NCBI GenBank assembly: GCA_026709815.1
Contig: JAPOSH010000055.1
Coordinates: forward strand, 4,363-68,362
Origin: a bacterium
Lineage (GTDB): Bacteria; Actinomycetota; Acidimicrobiia; Acidimicrobiales; Bin134
Reading direction: 5' to 3'
Length of the DNA stretch: 64,000 nt
Part shown: piece by piece, positions 1 through 10,262 of the stretch
Position numbering within the stretch: the stretch's first letter is position 1
Layout of the letters: every line of letters begins with the position of its first letter
Notes under the pieces: model-generated
Seen by the model: only the letters and a program-made list of their open reading frames with translations
What the model was told of the DNA's origin: nothing
Database searches by the model: none
Program-made: the position numbers and the translations under genes

Positions 1-1169
1 CCCGCCACCATGGCCAGTCCCACCATGCGAAAGCCCGCCATGGGCTTGGGAATGGTGACCCAGCCGAATAGATGGGCGAGCCACGCGAACAACAGGATCC
101 CCACGGATTTGCCCACCACCAATCCGATGGCCACCCCCAATGTCACCGGCGAGGTGAGCGCATCGGAGAGCACGTCGCCGGAGAGCTCGACCCCGGCGGC
201 AGACAGGGCGAAGACAGGGATGATGACGTATCCGGCGATGGGATGGAGCATCTCTTGAATCCGCAGGCCGACCGGCTGCGACTCCCGAATGTGGAATCCG
301 GCTCGGCGGACGTCGTCGAGATGCACAACGTCTTGCATCCGCAGCCAGTTGGCCCATTGGCGGGCGTCGTCCTCTGACTCGAGGGGCTTTGCCGGGGTTA
401 TCAGACCGAGGATCACCCCGGCGATGGTTGCATGGATGCCGGACTCCAGCACGGCCAGCCAGAAGGCCACGCCGACCACCAGGTACACGGGGAGGTACCA
501 GACGTTGAGGCGGCGCAGCGCCAGTATGCCGGCCAGCAATATGGCCGCGGTGAGCAGCCAATTGCCCGACAGATCGCTGGTGTAGAACACCGCGATCACC
601 AGGATCGCGCCGATGTCGTCCACGATGGCCAAGGTCAAGAGGAACACCTTCATCAGCGGTGAGACGCGATTGCCGAGCAGCGACAGCACGCCGACGGCAA
701 AGGCGATGTCAGTGGCCATGGGGATGCCCCAGCCGTCCTGGCCCGGACCGCCGGCATTGAACGCCACATAGATGACGGCGGGCATCACCATGCCGCCGAG
801 AGCGGCCACCGCGGGCAGGGCGGCGAAGCGGGGATCCCGGAGCTGCCCGCTCACCAACTCCCGCTTGATCTCCAAGCCGACCACGAAGAAGAACACCGCC
901 ATGAGGCCGTCTTGAACCACGTGGGCGAGATCTTGTTCGAAGTGATAATCGCCCACCGTGAACGATACGTGGGTGTGCCAGAAGTCGTCATAAGAGCTCT
1001 GCCAGGGGGAGTTGACCCACACCAAAGCGGCCACGGTGGCGATGAGCATGAGAACGCCGCCCGCGGCCTCGATGGCCGCGAAATGGTGAATGGGCCGGCC
1101 GACGAAACGGGCCAGCCGACTGGATCCGCCCAGGAAGGTGAGGTCGCTGAGAACGTTTTTGTCAGCCAC
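1..1169 (-). CDS. nhaA: Na+/H+ antiporter NhaA (C-terminal end runs off the window start)
   Basis: Absent from the ORF track because it has no in-window stop. My reverse-strand translation from GTG at 1167-1169 reads VADKNVLSDLTFLGG...FFFVVGLEIKRE...GIPMATDIAFAVGVL...LAIVDDIGAILVIAVFY (NhaA-type ATDIAF and DD motifs). The frame stays open down to position 3. Confidence 0.85.
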   Translation of the reverse strand, partial: MADKNVLSDLTFLGGSSRLARFVGRPIHHFAAIEAAGGVLMLIATVAALVWVNSPWQSSYDDFWHTHVSFTVGDYHFEQDLAHVVQDGLMAVFFFVVGLEIKRELVSGQLRDPRFAALPAVAALGGMVMPAVIYVAFNAGGPGQDGWGIPMATDIAFAVGVLSLLGNRVSPLMKVFLLTLAIVDDIGAILVIAVFYTSDLSGNWLLTAAILLAGILALRRLNVWYLPVYLVVGVAFWLAVLESGIHATIAGVILGLITPAKPLESEDDARQWANWLRMQDVVHLDDVRRAGFHIRESQPVGLRIQEMLHPIAGYVIIPVFALSAAGVELSGDVLSDALTSPVTLGVAIGLVVGKSVGILLFAWLAHLFGWVTIPKPMAGFRMVGLAMVA

Positions 1170-1177
1170 GGTTCTTC

Positions 1178-1627
1178 TCAAGCACGCGAGTCGGCCGACG
1201 ACAGGTTGATGGCCAAGCACACCTCGGTGCCGTCGGGGCCGCTTCGGATGTCGACTCTGTCGGAGAGGACTCGCATCAGATAGATGCCCAACCCCCGCTC
1301 GAAGTTCAAACGGCTGGGATCGTCGGGCTCAGGCAGCACCTGGAGTTGATCGGGGTAGAAGCCGAAGCCCCGATCAACGACGTGGAACTCAAGGCGGTCG
1401 TCGGCCAGCGTGCAGCGAATCTGGATGGAATCGTCTCGGCACGCTCGAGCATGGGCTTCGATGGCGTTGGTCGTGGCTTCGGAGACGGCCACCTTGAAGT
1501 CTTCGATGCGCTCCGGGCTCAGGTTCTCGTCCATTTCGGCCGTCTCGGCCACCAAAGACCGAACCAATGAGAGGTATTCCGGGCGGGCGGGAATCTCAAA
1601 GTCCACACATGCGGGACCGGCGGTCAC
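1178..1627 (-). CDS. anti-sigma regulatory factor, RsbW/SpoIIAB-type serine kinase (HATPase_c)
   Basis: 149 aa with VSEATTNAIEAHA (N-box-like) and RGLGIYLMRVLSD (G-box-like). Its start overlaps the stop of the upstream STAS gene at 1624-1627. Confidence 0.8.
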   Translation of the reverse strand: MTAGPACVDFEIPARPEYLSLVRSLVAETAEMDENLSPERIEDFKVAVSEATTNAIEAHARACRDDSIQIRCTLADDRLEFHVVDRGFGFYPDQLQVLPEPDDPSRLNFERGLGIYLMRVLSDRVDIRSGPDGTEVCLAINLSSADSRA

Positions 1628-2010
1628 GAGCCGGCATCCTCGGTGGCCGCCGAGACCGACTTGAACACATCCACGGCGCGGTCGAGCCGCGTGAGCTCAA
1701 TCAGCTCGGCGAGACGAGAGCTGGCCGCCACCAGACGGATGTCGCCCCCAGCGCTGCGCACTCGCTTGGCCCCGCCCATGACCACGCCCAAACCGGTGGA
1801 GTCGATGAAATCCACCCCGGAGATGTCGATCACCACGTGTCGGGCCCCGGCACCGATCACACCGAGCAGACGCTGGCGAAACCGGGGGGCGGTGGCCATA
1901 TCGATCTCACCGGCCACCGTCAAGACTTGCCAATGCCCGCGGGCAGCAACGGTGACGTTGAAATCCACGAAATAGCAGACTATCTGGACGCCGGGTGCGT
2001 TTCCGAACAA
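1624..2010 (-). CDS. STAS-domain anti-sigma-factor antagonist (RsbV/SpoIIAA family)
   Basis: 128 aa: LTVAGEIDMATAPRFRQRL...VVIDISGVDFIDSTGLGVVMG is the classic STAS core with a phosphorylatable Ser in DST. The TTG start is uncertain. It sits 4 nt after the TadE-like gene. Confidence 0.85.
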   Translation of the reverse strand: MFGNAPGVQIVCYFVDFNVTVAARGHWQVLTVAGEIDMATAPRFRQRLLGVIGAGARHVVIDISGVDFIDSTGLGVVMGGAKRVRSAGGDIRLVAASSRLAELIELTRLDRAVDVFKSVSAATEDAGS

Positions 2011-2014
2011 CCAG

Positions 2015-2413
2015 TCACTCCACCCGCACAGTCAGCGTCTCCTCGATGGTCACCGCGGGAAACAGGCGGCCCACAAGGGGCACCGCGGGGTCGGGCCGGT
2101 AGCGCACCGTCACCTTAAGCAGCCCGCCGGTGGTGCGGCTGCCCGCGATCTCCACCTGTAATTTGTCCCGATCCAGGCCGGTGGCGGCCCACGCGGAGGC
2201 AGAAGCCGCTTGGGTGGAAGGCTCGACCGCAGCGGCCCGTGCGGCCTCGCGGACCGAGTGGACCACCAGAATGCGGTCGCGCGCCAATAGCCCTATCTGC
2301 ACCAGTGCCAGCACCACTGCCACGATCAGCGGGAGCACCAAAGCGGTCTCCACCGCAGCCTGTCCCCGGTCGCGGCGCCGCTGTCCGTCAGCGGGACGGT
2401 TCGGGGCATCCAC
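2015..2413 (-). CDS. TadE-like pilus assembly (minor pilin-like) protein
   Basis: 132 aa. The N-terminus RGQAAVETALVLPLIVAVVLALVQIG matches the TadE N-terminal pattern, and the gene is last in Tad locus 1. Confidence 0.75.
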   Translation of the reverse strand: MDAPNRPADGQRRRDRGQAAVETALVLPLIVAVVLALVQIGLLARDRILVVHSVREAARAAAVEPSTQAASASAWAATGLDRDKLQVEIAGSRTTGGLLKVTVRYRPDPAVPLVGRLFPAVTIEETLTVRVE

Positions 2414-2427
2414 CGGCTATCGCACCA

Positions 2428-2634
2428 TTAGGTGACGAGGCCGGTGATGTGTCGGAATACGGCGTCGAGCAGATTGGCGATGCGGTTGGTCCTGGTGACC
2501 CAGGACACCAGCAGCATGGCCACCGCGGCCGCCCCCAAGAGGATGAGGGCATACTCAGCGGTGGCCTGGCCGCGGTCGGAACGCCGGTGGGACAACCAGA
2601 GATGAAGGGCGAGCAGCAATCGAAGCATGAACAT
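2428..2634 (-). CDS. Flp-type pilin (actinobacterial TAEYA class)
   Basis: I trimmed the track ORF (2428..2766) to the ATG at 2634, which has GAGG 8 nt upstream. Product: MFMLRLLLALHLWLSHRRSDRG/QATAEYALILLGAAAVAMLLV, i.e. a G/xxTAEY processing-type motif plus a hydrophobic helix. Confidence 0.7.
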   Translation of the reverse strand: MFMLRLLLALHLWLSHRRSDRGQATAEYALILLGAAAVAMLLVSWVTRTNRIANLLDAVFRHITGLVT

Positions 2635-2690
2635 GGGACAAACCTCAAAGAGGTGGAAGCGGCGGGGGAAGGCGGGGGAAGAAGAAGTGC

Positions 2691-3395
2691 TCATCGGCTC
2701 AAGACGGTCAGCGTCTCGGCGAGGACCGGGGCCAAGGTGAGGAGGATGAAAGCCGGCAGAATGCAAGTGACCAGCGGCAGCAAAAGCCGCACCGGCAGAC
2801 GACGGGCCTGCTCCTCGGCGCGGCGGCGCCGCCAGAGGCGGCTGTCGGCGGCGAGCTGCGCCAGCGGCGACTCCAGCTCGGTGCCATAGCGGTCGGCGTC
2901 GATCAACACCCTGACCAGGGGGCGCAACGGCTCGCCCACCGACTCGGGAAGCGGTTCCAGCGCATCGCCGAGGCGAATTCCGGCCTGAGTCCGGCCGACA
3001 GCCTCTGACAAACCTTCTCCCACGGGGCCAACGAGACGCTCTCCCACTGCGGCGACCGCCAGATGCACGTTGAGCCCCGAAGAGACGGCCAAACGGAGCA
3101 GGTCAACTGCTTCCGGCAGCTCATCAATGATCTCTGCCTGTTTCCGGCGATGCAGTCGGGCCCGGCGACGGTGAGGCGTGATCCACAACAGGAGTCCAGC
3201 GGCCACGCCCAATGCCGGGTGGACGATCACCGCGACAACCGCGGCCAGAGTGAACCCGGCGGCCGGCGCAGTGAAGCGCGTCGGCGGCCGCGTCCCGGGC
3301 GGCGCCGGCGACCGGACTTGTCGTGGTCGCCGACTCCACCCCCACAGCACTACCACTGCGGTCCACAACAGCCCCAGAGAGATCGGCAGGGTCAT
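2691..3395 (-). CDS. type II secretion system F-family membrane protein (TadC-like)
   Basis: Start moved to the ATG at 3393-3395, directly next to the upstream stop (3397-3399). Polytopic membrane protein of T2SSF type, in Tad gene order. Confidence 0.75.
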   Translation of the reverse strand: MTLPISLGLLWTAVVVLWGWSRRPRQVRSPAPPGTRPPTRFTAPAAGFTLAAVVAVIVHPALGVAAGLLLWITPHRRRARLHRRKQAEIIDELPEAVDLLRLAVSSGLNVHLAVAAVGERLVGPVGEGLSEAVGRTQAGIRLGDALEPLPESVGEPLRPLVRVLIDADRYGTELESPLAQLAADSRLWRRRRAEEQARRLPVRLLLPLVTCILPAFILLTLAPVLAETLTVLSR

Positions 3396-3396
3396 G

Positions 3397-4179
3397 TCAA
3401 TGGCGGGAATTGACGATGTGGCGCATCCACAGTCCGCCGATGACGTCAAGGCTGAGTCCGCAGGTGAGAATCGCCAGACCCAGGCGGGTGGTGAACAGAA
3501 AACCAGCCGAATCGTCGCTCACGCCGGCCGACATGAGCATGAACCCCAGAGGCAGCGCCGCGATCATCATTGCGGAGACCCGGGCCTGAGCGGTGAGCGA
3601 GCGCACCTCCGCCTCCAGCGCGGCCCGGTCTCGCAGCGTGGCCGCCACGCCGTCGATGGCCCGAGCCCGGGCCCCGCCCGCGGTGGCGGCAAAGGCCATG
3701 GCCGCGGCGGCCAAACCGACGCCGCGGGCCGGACAACGACGGCACCAGCGATCGAACACATCGGCGCTGCGAAACCCGCGGCCCAGCTCTACGGCCAGCG
3801 GCGCCACCTCATGGCGCAGCGGGGCCGGAGCGCTGGACGCGGCGGACACCGTGGCCGGGCCAATCTGCGACCCGGTGCGAAGCCCTCGGGCAATGGCCTC
3901 CAAAAAGCCAGGAAGCTGGGCCTCGATGGCGCGCTGGCGGCGATGGCGGTTGCACCGCAGCGCCATCAGCGCGGCCCCGATGCCCGCCGCGGCACCGACG
4001 CCCCCGCCGATCACACCGCCTTGCATCGCACCGAAGCTTGCGCCCAAAAGCGCAACCGCCCCCAACCCCCTCCAGACTTTCACCAGGGCGATATCCAGAC
4101 CGGCATCGGCGGCCCTGGCGCCAAGCCGCCCAGACGCCGCGGCGCCGACAGATCTGCTGACAGCTCTGAGGCGGTTCAT
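3397..4179 (-). CDS. type II secretion system F-family membrane protein (TadB-like)
   Basis: Start set at MNRLRAV (ATG 4177-4179), giving an ATGA overlap with the CpaF stop at 4176-4178. Membrane protein in Tad gene order. Confidence 0.75.
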   Translation of the reverse strand: MNRLRAVSRSVGAAASGRLGARAADAGLDIALVKVWRGLGAVALLGASFGAMQGGVIGGGVGAAAGIGAALMALRCNRHRRQRAIEAQLPGFLEAIARGLRTGSQIGPATVSAASSAPAPLRHEVAPLAVELGRGFRSADVFDRWCRRCPARGVGLAAAAMAFAATAGGARARAIDGVAATLRDRAALEAEVRSLTAQARVSAMMIAALPLGFMLMSAGVSDDSAGFLFTTRLGLAILTCGLSLDVIGGLWMRHIVNSRH

Positions 4180-5201
4180 GGCTGAAGCCACCGGGGGTCG
4201 GGATCGGCCGCCCCCGGCACCCGGGGCTGGACCGTCGGCAATCGGTGCAACTGAAACTCGTCGGCAATCGGGCACAACCGCGGCCGGCGGCCGTCATCGC
4301 GGCCGTCGGAGCGGTCGATCACCGCCAGTGAGGTGATGCGACGCCGACCCTGAGCGCGGCGGGAAACATGGACCACCATGTCCACCGCGGCGGTGATCTG
4401 CTGCCGCACCGCCGTCAGGGGCACGGCCCCGCCGTCGAACAGGACCATGGTCTCCAAGCGGCTGATGGCGTCGGCCGGGCTGTTGGCATGGCAGGTGGAG
4501 AGCGATCCCTCATGGCCGGTGTTCATCGCTTGGAGCATGTCCAAGGTCTCCGCCCCTCGGACTTCTCCGACGATGATCCGGTCAGGCCTCATCCGCAGGG
4601 CGTTGCGCACCAGCTCGCGGATGGTGACCGGCGCCACCCCATCGACGTCGGCCGGGCGAGCTTCGAGACGCACAACATGATCGCTGGCCAGGGACAGTTC
4701 GGCGGCGTCCTCCACCGTCACCACCCGCTCACCGGGTGAGATCGAAGCCGCCAGAGCGTTCAGCAGGGTGGTTTTGCCCGCGCCCGCGCCGCCGGACACC
4801 ACCAGATTGCAGCGAGCCGACACCGCCCAGCGCAGGGCGGCCGCCACGCCGGGAGGGGCGAACTCCTCCAAGGAAACCAGGCGGACAGAGAAGCGGCGGA
4901 TGGTCACGTAGGGCCCGTCCACCGCCACCGGCGGCACCACTGCGTTCAGGCGGGAGCCGTCGGAGAGCCGCGCGTCCACCATCGGAGAGCTGCGGTCAAT
5001 GCGTCGACCGAGCGGGGCCACGGTCTGCTCAATGAGCAACTCGATGGTCTCGCGGTCCAGAATCGTGCTGGTGGCCTCCAAACGCCCGCGCCGTTCGACC
5101 CATACCGGCCCGGGGCCGTTCACCATGATCTCCGATACCGAGGGGTCGCCCAGGAAAGGCTCGATGGCCTCTTTGCCACCCCCGCCGCTGGTCCACACCA
5201 T
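4176..5201 (-). CDS. CpaF/TadA-family pilus secretion ATPase (short actinobacterial form)
   Basis: 341 aa with Walker [17 protein letters not shown], then [43 protein letters not shown]. Confidence 0.9.
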   Translation of the reverse strand: MVWTSGGGGKEAIEPFLGDPSVSEIMVNGPGPVWVERRGRLEATSTILDRETIELLIEQTVAPLGRRIDRSSPMVDARLSDGSRLNAVVPPVAVDGPYVTIRRFSVRLVSLEEFAPPGVAAALRWAVSARCNLVVSGGAGAGKTTLLNALAASISPGERVVTVEDAAELSLASDHVVRLEARPADVDGVAPVTIRELVRNALRMRPDRIIVGEVRGAETLDMLQAMNTGHEGSLSTCHANSPADAISRLETMVLFDGGAVPLTAVRQQITAAVDMVVHVSRRAQGRRRITSLAVIDRSDGRDDGRRPRLCPIADEFQLHRLPTVQPRVPGAADPDPRWLQP

Positions 5202-5204
5202 CGC

Positions 5205-5894
5205 TCACACCTCCTCGGTGAGCCGACTCAGGGCCCGAACGGCGCCCTTGGGCACCTGGGTTCGCAGCATCCCGGCGTCCACCGCCCGGGCGATGCCGGG
5301 GTCGACGGCGACGGTGGCGAGCACCGGAGCGCCGATGGCCCGCTCGCAGTCGGATCGAGTCAGGGCCCGGCCGGCCTCGGCCACCAGAACCACTCCGCTG
5401 GGCCGGACCGGGAGCGATACGGCGCGGCGCAAGGCCAGATAGCACGCCCGGGTGACCAGCACCGACCGGTCAGCCTCGGCGGCGAGGCACCAGCGAAGCT
5501 CGTCGCTTGACCCGCGGCCACAGGGATGCTCATCGCCTCTCAGCACCCCCGCATCCACCACCACATCGGCGCCGGCCGCCAGCCACTCGACGAAATCCCC
5601 CGCCCGCTGAGGACTCAGCGGGCCTCGGCCTCGGGGCAGCAGCGACAGATTGGGCGTCAGCTCCAGCAGCGCTCGCTCCAGCGAGCAGGGGGCGAGATCG
5701 CTGCGAAGCCACTCGCTCAAACCGCTCGGCGCCTCGGCACTGCCGAACACTGCGGCGAGATCGCCGCACAGATCGACGAGGAGCAACGGCCGATCGGGGT
5801 CTTGGGCGGCTTGCAGGCCAGCGAGGGCGGCCATCACCGTTGTGCCCGAACCCCCCTTGGTTGACCAGCAGGTCACCAGCATGGAAACCTCCAC
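5205..5894 (-). CDS. ParA/MinD-like protein with degenerate Walker A (Ssd/TadZ-like)
   Basis: 229 aa. N-terminus CWSTKGGSGTTVMAALAG resembles the deviant Walker A KGGxGKT but lacks the GK[ST] lysine. First gene of Tad locus 1. Confidence 0.7.
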   Translation of the reverse strand: MEVSMLVTCWSTKGGSGTTVMAALAGLQAAQDPDRPLLLVDLCGDLAAVFGSAEAPSGLSEWLRSDLAPCSLERALLELTPNLSLLPRGRGPLSPQRAGDFVEWLAAGADVVVDAGVLRGDEHPCGRGSSDELRWCLAAEADRSVLVTRACYLALRRAVSLPVRPSGVVLVAEAGRALTRSDCERAIGAPVLATVAVDPGIARAVDAGMLRTQVPKGAVRALSRLTEEV

Positions 5895-5937
5895 GAGTTG
5901 ATCGCGGTCGCGAACAGAGGGGAACTCAGATCAATAT

Positions 5938-7071
5938 ATGCTGAGAATGACTAGCAGTCAAGAACAATTCTCTATAAAGCACGAAGCAGCTCGCTATATT
6001 CGCCCGTTTGCCGGCCTCGCCGTGCCCGCGGGCGCAGTGGTGGCCGCTTTGGTGGTGGGCGCCATTCTGCTGGCGGTCTTCGGGGCCAACCCGCTCACCG
6101 GCTACCGCGCCTTGTTCACCGGGGCGTTCGGCGGGCCGGACGAGCTGGCCGCCACCGCCTTGAAGTCCATTCCCCTGATGCTGGTCGGCGTCGGCATTTG
6201 CATTGCCTTCCGCACCGGCGTCATCAACATCGGCGGCGAGGGCCAGATCATCATGGGCGCCATTTTGGCCACGCTGGCAGCGCTGGCCCTGCCGGATGTG
6301 CCCCGGCCGATTCTGGTGCCGCTGGTGATGATCGCCGGCGGGATTGGCGGGGGAATCTGGGGGGCGATCCCCGGGGCTCTCAAGGCCTACAGCGGGGTCA
6401 ACGAGATCCTCAGCACCATTATGATGAACATCATCGCCGGGTTCTTCATGAGCTTTTTGCTCGAGGACTGGCTGATCGAGCCCGGCGCCATCAGGATCCA
6501 GCAGACCAAGCGGTTGAGCCAGAATGCCGACCTGCCCATTTTGCCGGGAGGAACCCGCCTGCACCTGGGGATCGTGGTGGCGGTGATCGTGGCCGTGCTG
6601 GGGTATCTCCTTTTGTTCCACAGCAGCCTGGGCATGCGACTGCGGGCCGTCGGGCACAATCCCCACGCCTCTCGGGCCGCCGGCATGAGGGTCGAGCTGA
6701 GCATCACCCAGGCATTGGCATTCAGCGGGGCCTGCGCCGGAATCGCCGGCGCGGTCTTGGTGTTCGGGAGCGAGTCGCACCGGCTGATCGGTGAGGGAGG
6801 CCCGCTGGCGTTCACCCAGAGCGCGGGGTTCAACGGCATCGTGACCGCGCTGTTCGGAGGGCTGCACCCGCTGTTCACGGTGCTGTCGTCTTATCTGTTC
6901 GGCGGAATGCTGGCCGGCGGCATCTCCCTGCAACGAGCGGTGCAGGTACCCCAGGCCCTGGTGATCGCCCTCAACGGCGTGGTGGTGGTGTTCGTGGTGG
7001 GAAGCCTCAAATTGCGAAACCGAGTGCAGCGATGGGCCGAGGGTGACGTCTTGATGGAGGATCGGGCGTGA
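5938..7071 (+). CDS. ABC transporter permease, BMP/nucleoside-type (NupP/YufP-like)
   Basis: 377 aa polytopic protein with VINIGGEGQIIMGA, typical of permeases that partner BMP lipoproteins. The AT-rich leader at 5930-5990 makes the start approximate. Confidence 0.85.
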   Translation: MLRMTSSQEQFSIKHEAARYIRPFAGLAVPAGAVVAALVVGAILLAVFGANPLTGYRALFTGAFGGPDELAATALKSIPLMLVGVGICIAFRTGVINIGGEGQIIMGAILATLAALALPDVPRPILVPLVMIAGGIGGGIWGAIPGALKAYSGVNEILSTIMMNIIAGFFMSFLLEDWLIEPGAIRIQQTKRLSQNADLPILPGGTRLHLGIVVAVIVAVLGYLLLFHSSLGMRLRAVGHNPHASRAAGMRVELSITQALAFSGACAGIAGAVLVFGSESHRLIGEGGPLAFTQSAGFNGIVTALFGGLHPLFTVLSSYLFGGMLAGGISLQRAVQVPQALVIALNGVVVVFVVGSLKLRNRVQRWAEGDVLMEDRA

Positions 7072-8003
7072 GCGACTTCTTCACCGTCGCCATCATCACC
7101 GCCACGCTGGCGTCGGGCATTCGGCTGGCGGTGCCGTTCCTGCTCGCCGCTTTGGGCGAAGCGGTCGGCCAACGGGCCGGGGTGCTGAACCTCGGGGTGG
7201 AGGGCGTGATGCTCATCGGCGCGTTCGCCGCCTATTACACCGCCCTGGAGACGGGCAGCGCGGCGTTTGGTTTGCTGATGGGGCTGGTGGTGGGAATGGT
7301 CATGGGCCTGGTCTATGCCCTCATCACCGTGGGGATGCACGCCGAGCAAGGCATCAGCGGCATCGGGATCTACCTCTTCGGCCTCGGCTTCACCGACCTG
7401 TTGTTCCAAAAGCAGGTGGGCACCCCCAGACCCATCAGCGGCTTGCAGGCCAAGCCCTTCAACTGGCTGGCCGACGACACCGGTCGAGTCGGCGAATTGC
7501 TGTTCAGCCACACCGTGCTCACCTATGTGGCCTTCTTGCTGGTGCCGGTGGTGTATTGGCTCATCACCCGAACCACCTTCGGCCTCAACGTGCGAGCGGT
7601 GGGGGAAAACCCCCATGCCGCCGACACGCTGGGCGTGAGCGTGAACGGCATCCGGACCGCGGCCATCGTCTTCGGCAACACCATGGCCGGATTGGCCGGT
7701 GCCGCTCTGGCCCTGGAGATCGGGATATTCCAGCAGAACCTCACCGCCGGACGGGGGTTCATCGCCATCGCCCTGGTGTACTTCGGAGCGTGGCGGCCCG
7801 TTGGCGTGATGGCAGGCTCGCTGCTGTTCGGCATCGTGTCGTCCACCGTGCTGCGGCTCCAGGTAGAAGGCGTCATCTCCGGATCGGTGGCATCCATCGC
7901 AAACATGGCCCCCGCGATCTTGACCGTGGTCGTGCTGGTGGTGGTGAGTCGGCGCATCGGCCAGCCCGCCGCCCTCACCCGACCGTTCACCCGAGACGGC
8001 TGA
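7068..8003 (+). CDS. ABC transporter permease, BMP/nucleoside-type (NupQ/YufQ-like)
   Basis: 311 aa with GVLNLGVEGVMLIGAF. Its start overlaps the upstream stop by 4 nt. Confidence 0.85.
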   Translation: MSDFFTVAIITATLASGIRLAVPFLLAALGEAVGQRAGVLNLGVEGVMLIGAFAAYYTALETGSAAFGLLMGLVVGMVMGLVYALITVGMHAEQGISGIGIYLFGLGFTDLLFQKQVGTPRPISGLQAKPFNWLADDTGRVGELLFSHTVLTYVAFLLVPVVYWLITRTTFGLNVRAVGENPHAADTLGVSVNGIRTAAIVFGNTMAGLAGAALALEIGIFQQNLTAGRGFIAIALVYFGAWRPVGVMAGSLLFGIVSSTVLRLQVEGVISGSVASIANMAPAILTVVVLVVVSRRIGQPAALTRPFTRDG

Positions 8004-8021
8004 AGGACAAAAGACGATTCC

Positions 8022-9260
8022 ATGAAAGTCGGCGACATCACCGCCCCCGAGCATGCGGCCAACGGAAAACCCCTCGACGGCCTTCGCATCCTGGCCATCG
8101 AGCAGATGCAGTCGCTCCCCTACGCCACCCAGCTCATGGCCCGCATGGGAGCGGAGGTGGTCAAAATCGAGCACCCGGTGCGAGGCGACCTGGGCCGGGG
8201 CTCGACCCCGGGCATCGCCGACCCTGGCGGCCGTCCGGTGGGCGGCACCTACCTGCGCAACAACCTCAACAAGCGCTCGGTGGGCATGGACTTGAAGCAT
8301 CCCAAGGCCGTCGACCTCCTCCGCCAGATGATTCCGAGCTATGACGTGCTGGCCGAGAACCTCAAGCCGGGGACCCTGGCCCGAAGCGGCTTGGGATATC
8401 AGGATTTGTCGCCGGTGCATCCCGGCCTCATCTACCTGTCGGTGTCGGGCTTCGGAAATCTCGGCGAGTCCCCCTACGGTCATTGGCCGGCCTACGCCCC
8501 CATTGCTGAGGCCATGGGCGGCCTCTACGCCATCAACCGGGCCGAAGGGGAGGACTTGAAGGTGTCTCCGGTGGGGGCGCTGGGCGACACCGGCTCCGGT
8601 CTCTTCGCCGTCATCGGGGTGCTCATGGCCCTGCGCCAGCGCGAGCGGCACGGCCACGGCCAGCATGTGGACATCGCCATGTTGGACGCCATGGTCGCCT
8701 TCGGCGACATCGTGCCCAACTACTGGTCGCTGGGCGCCGACCCCCGGACTCCCACTGCGATCATCAACGACGGCTTTCCCATCGACTCGGGCGAGCTGGT
8801 GATGCAGATCGGCCGAGAGCACCAGTTCGAGCGCCTGTGCCGCCTCATCGGCAGACCCGAATGGCTCGAAGACGAGCGGTTCTCGACCCGCGAGGGGTGG
8901 CGGGAGCATCTGGACGAGATCCGGGCCGCAGTCCGCTCCTGGGCGGGCGACCGCACCACCGTGCAAGCCGCCGACGACCTGGCCGCGGCGGGGCTGGCCG
9001 CGGCCCCGGTGTTCGAAGCCCCCGACGTGATCGGCGACCCCCACGTCGCCGCCCGCCACATGATGGTGGAGATCCCCCGCCCCGATGACGCCACGCCGGT
9101 GCTGACTCCCGGCAATCCGGTGAAAATGTCAGCGGTCAGCGAAGGCCCCGACACCCGGCCGGCATGGTTGGGTGAGCACACCGACGAGGTGCTCGGGGCC
9201 GACCTCGGCTTGGACGCCCAAGCGCTGGCCGAGCTCCGCGCCGACGGCGCCATCGGGTGA
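8022..9260 (+). CDS. family III CoA-transferase (CaiB/BaiF-like)
   Basis: 412 aa. LDGLRILAIEQMQSLPYATQLMARMGAEVVKIE and later ENLKPGTLARSGLGY are typical of the family. Confidence 0.85.
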   Translation: MKVGDITAPEHAANGKPLDGLRILAIEQMQSLPYATQLMARMGAEVVKIEHPVRGDLGRGSTPGIADPGGRPVGGTYLRNNLNKRSVGMDLKHPKAVDLLRQMIPSYDVLAENLKPGTLARSGLGYQDLSPVHPGLIYLSVSGFGNLGESPYGHWPAYAPIAEAMGGLYAINRAEGEDLKVSPVGALGDTGSGLFAVIGVLMALRQRERHGHGQHVDIAMLDAMVAFGDIVPNYWSLGADPRTPTAIINDGFPIDSGELVMQIGREHQFERLCRLIGRPEWLEDERFSTREGWREHLDEIRAAVRSWAGDRTTVQAADDLAAAGLAAAPVFEAPDVIGDPHVAARHMMVEIPRPDDATPVLTPGNPVKMSAVSEGPDTRPAWLGEHTDEVLGADLGLDAQALAELRADGAIG

Positions 9261-10185
9261 TGGCAGCGCCACCGCTTCGCTTCGACGGTCGCGCCGCGGT
9301 GGTCACCGGCGCAGGCCGGGGATTGGGCCGAGCCTACGCCCGCTTGCTGGCGGAGCGCGGAGCGCAGGTGGTGGTCAACGACGTCGAGGCCGAAGCCGCC
9401 GATCAAGTGGCTGACGAGATCAATGAGGCCGGCGGCACGGCCATCGCCGACTATCACTCCGTGGCAACCCCTCAAGGGGGCGTTTCGCTGGCGGCACAGG
9501 CGCAAGAGGCGTTCGGGGCCATACACATCGTCATCAACAACGCCGGGGTCAACCGAGCAGCTCAGTTTGCGGACATGACGGCGCAAACCGGCCCGGCTTT
9601 GTTCGACGAGATGATCGCCGTCCACCTATTGGGACCGTGTCATGTTCTGTGGCCGTTGTGGCCGGCCATGGTGCGGCAGGGATTCGGCCGGGTCGTGAAC
9701 GTCGGCTCAGGAGCGGTGTGGGGACTGCGAGGCCAAGCGGCCTACGCCGCCTGCAAGGCCGGGGTGATGGGGCTCACCCGGTCGCTGGGACGCGAAGGCC
9801 GCCGCTGCGGCGTACAGGTCAACTGCGTGCTTCCCTGGGCGGTGACCGATAGGAGCCCCGACCGCTCAGACGATAAGTTCGGACCCGTCATCGATGCCCA
9901 CATGCACCCCGACAACGTCGCCCCCGCCGTGGTCTGGTTGGCTCACGAGGACTGCGGCGCCAACGGCGAGTTCTTCACCGTGGACGGCCCCCGGATAGCC
10001 CGGCTGGCCTGGGTCGCCAGCCGAGGCCACACCGACTTGGACCCGACCCCCGAGACCTACCGCGACCACTGGGAGAAGATCATGGACCTCGCCGAGTTCA
10101 CCGTGCCCCGGTCCACCAACGACCACATGCGCAATACGGTGATGCCCCACTTCGCCCCGACGATAGAGAACCCCGAGGGGCGCTC

Positions 10186-10207
<22 letters not shown>
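9257..10207 (+). CDS. short-chain dehydrogenase/reductase (SDR)
   Basis: 316 aa with [14 protein letters not shown] (TGxxxGxG), NNAG and YAACKAG (YxxxK). ATGA-type overlap with the CoA-transferase gene. The last 22 nt overlap tRNA-Pro on the opposite strand. Confidence 0.85.

Positions 10208-10262
<55 letters not shown>

Noticed and set aside
6891-9059. A very long (722 aa) minus-strand ORF. Similar giants are 37424..40228 (+, 934 aa), 20805..22733 (+), 5926..6933 (-), 25258..26532 (-), 31520..32935 (+), 32942..34108 (+) and 47046..48491 (-).
   Set aside because: All lie antisense to genes with clear family motifs. Their products are Gly/Arg/Pro/His-rich low-complexity strings typical of shadow ORFs in high-GC DNA, and none shows a recognisable domain.
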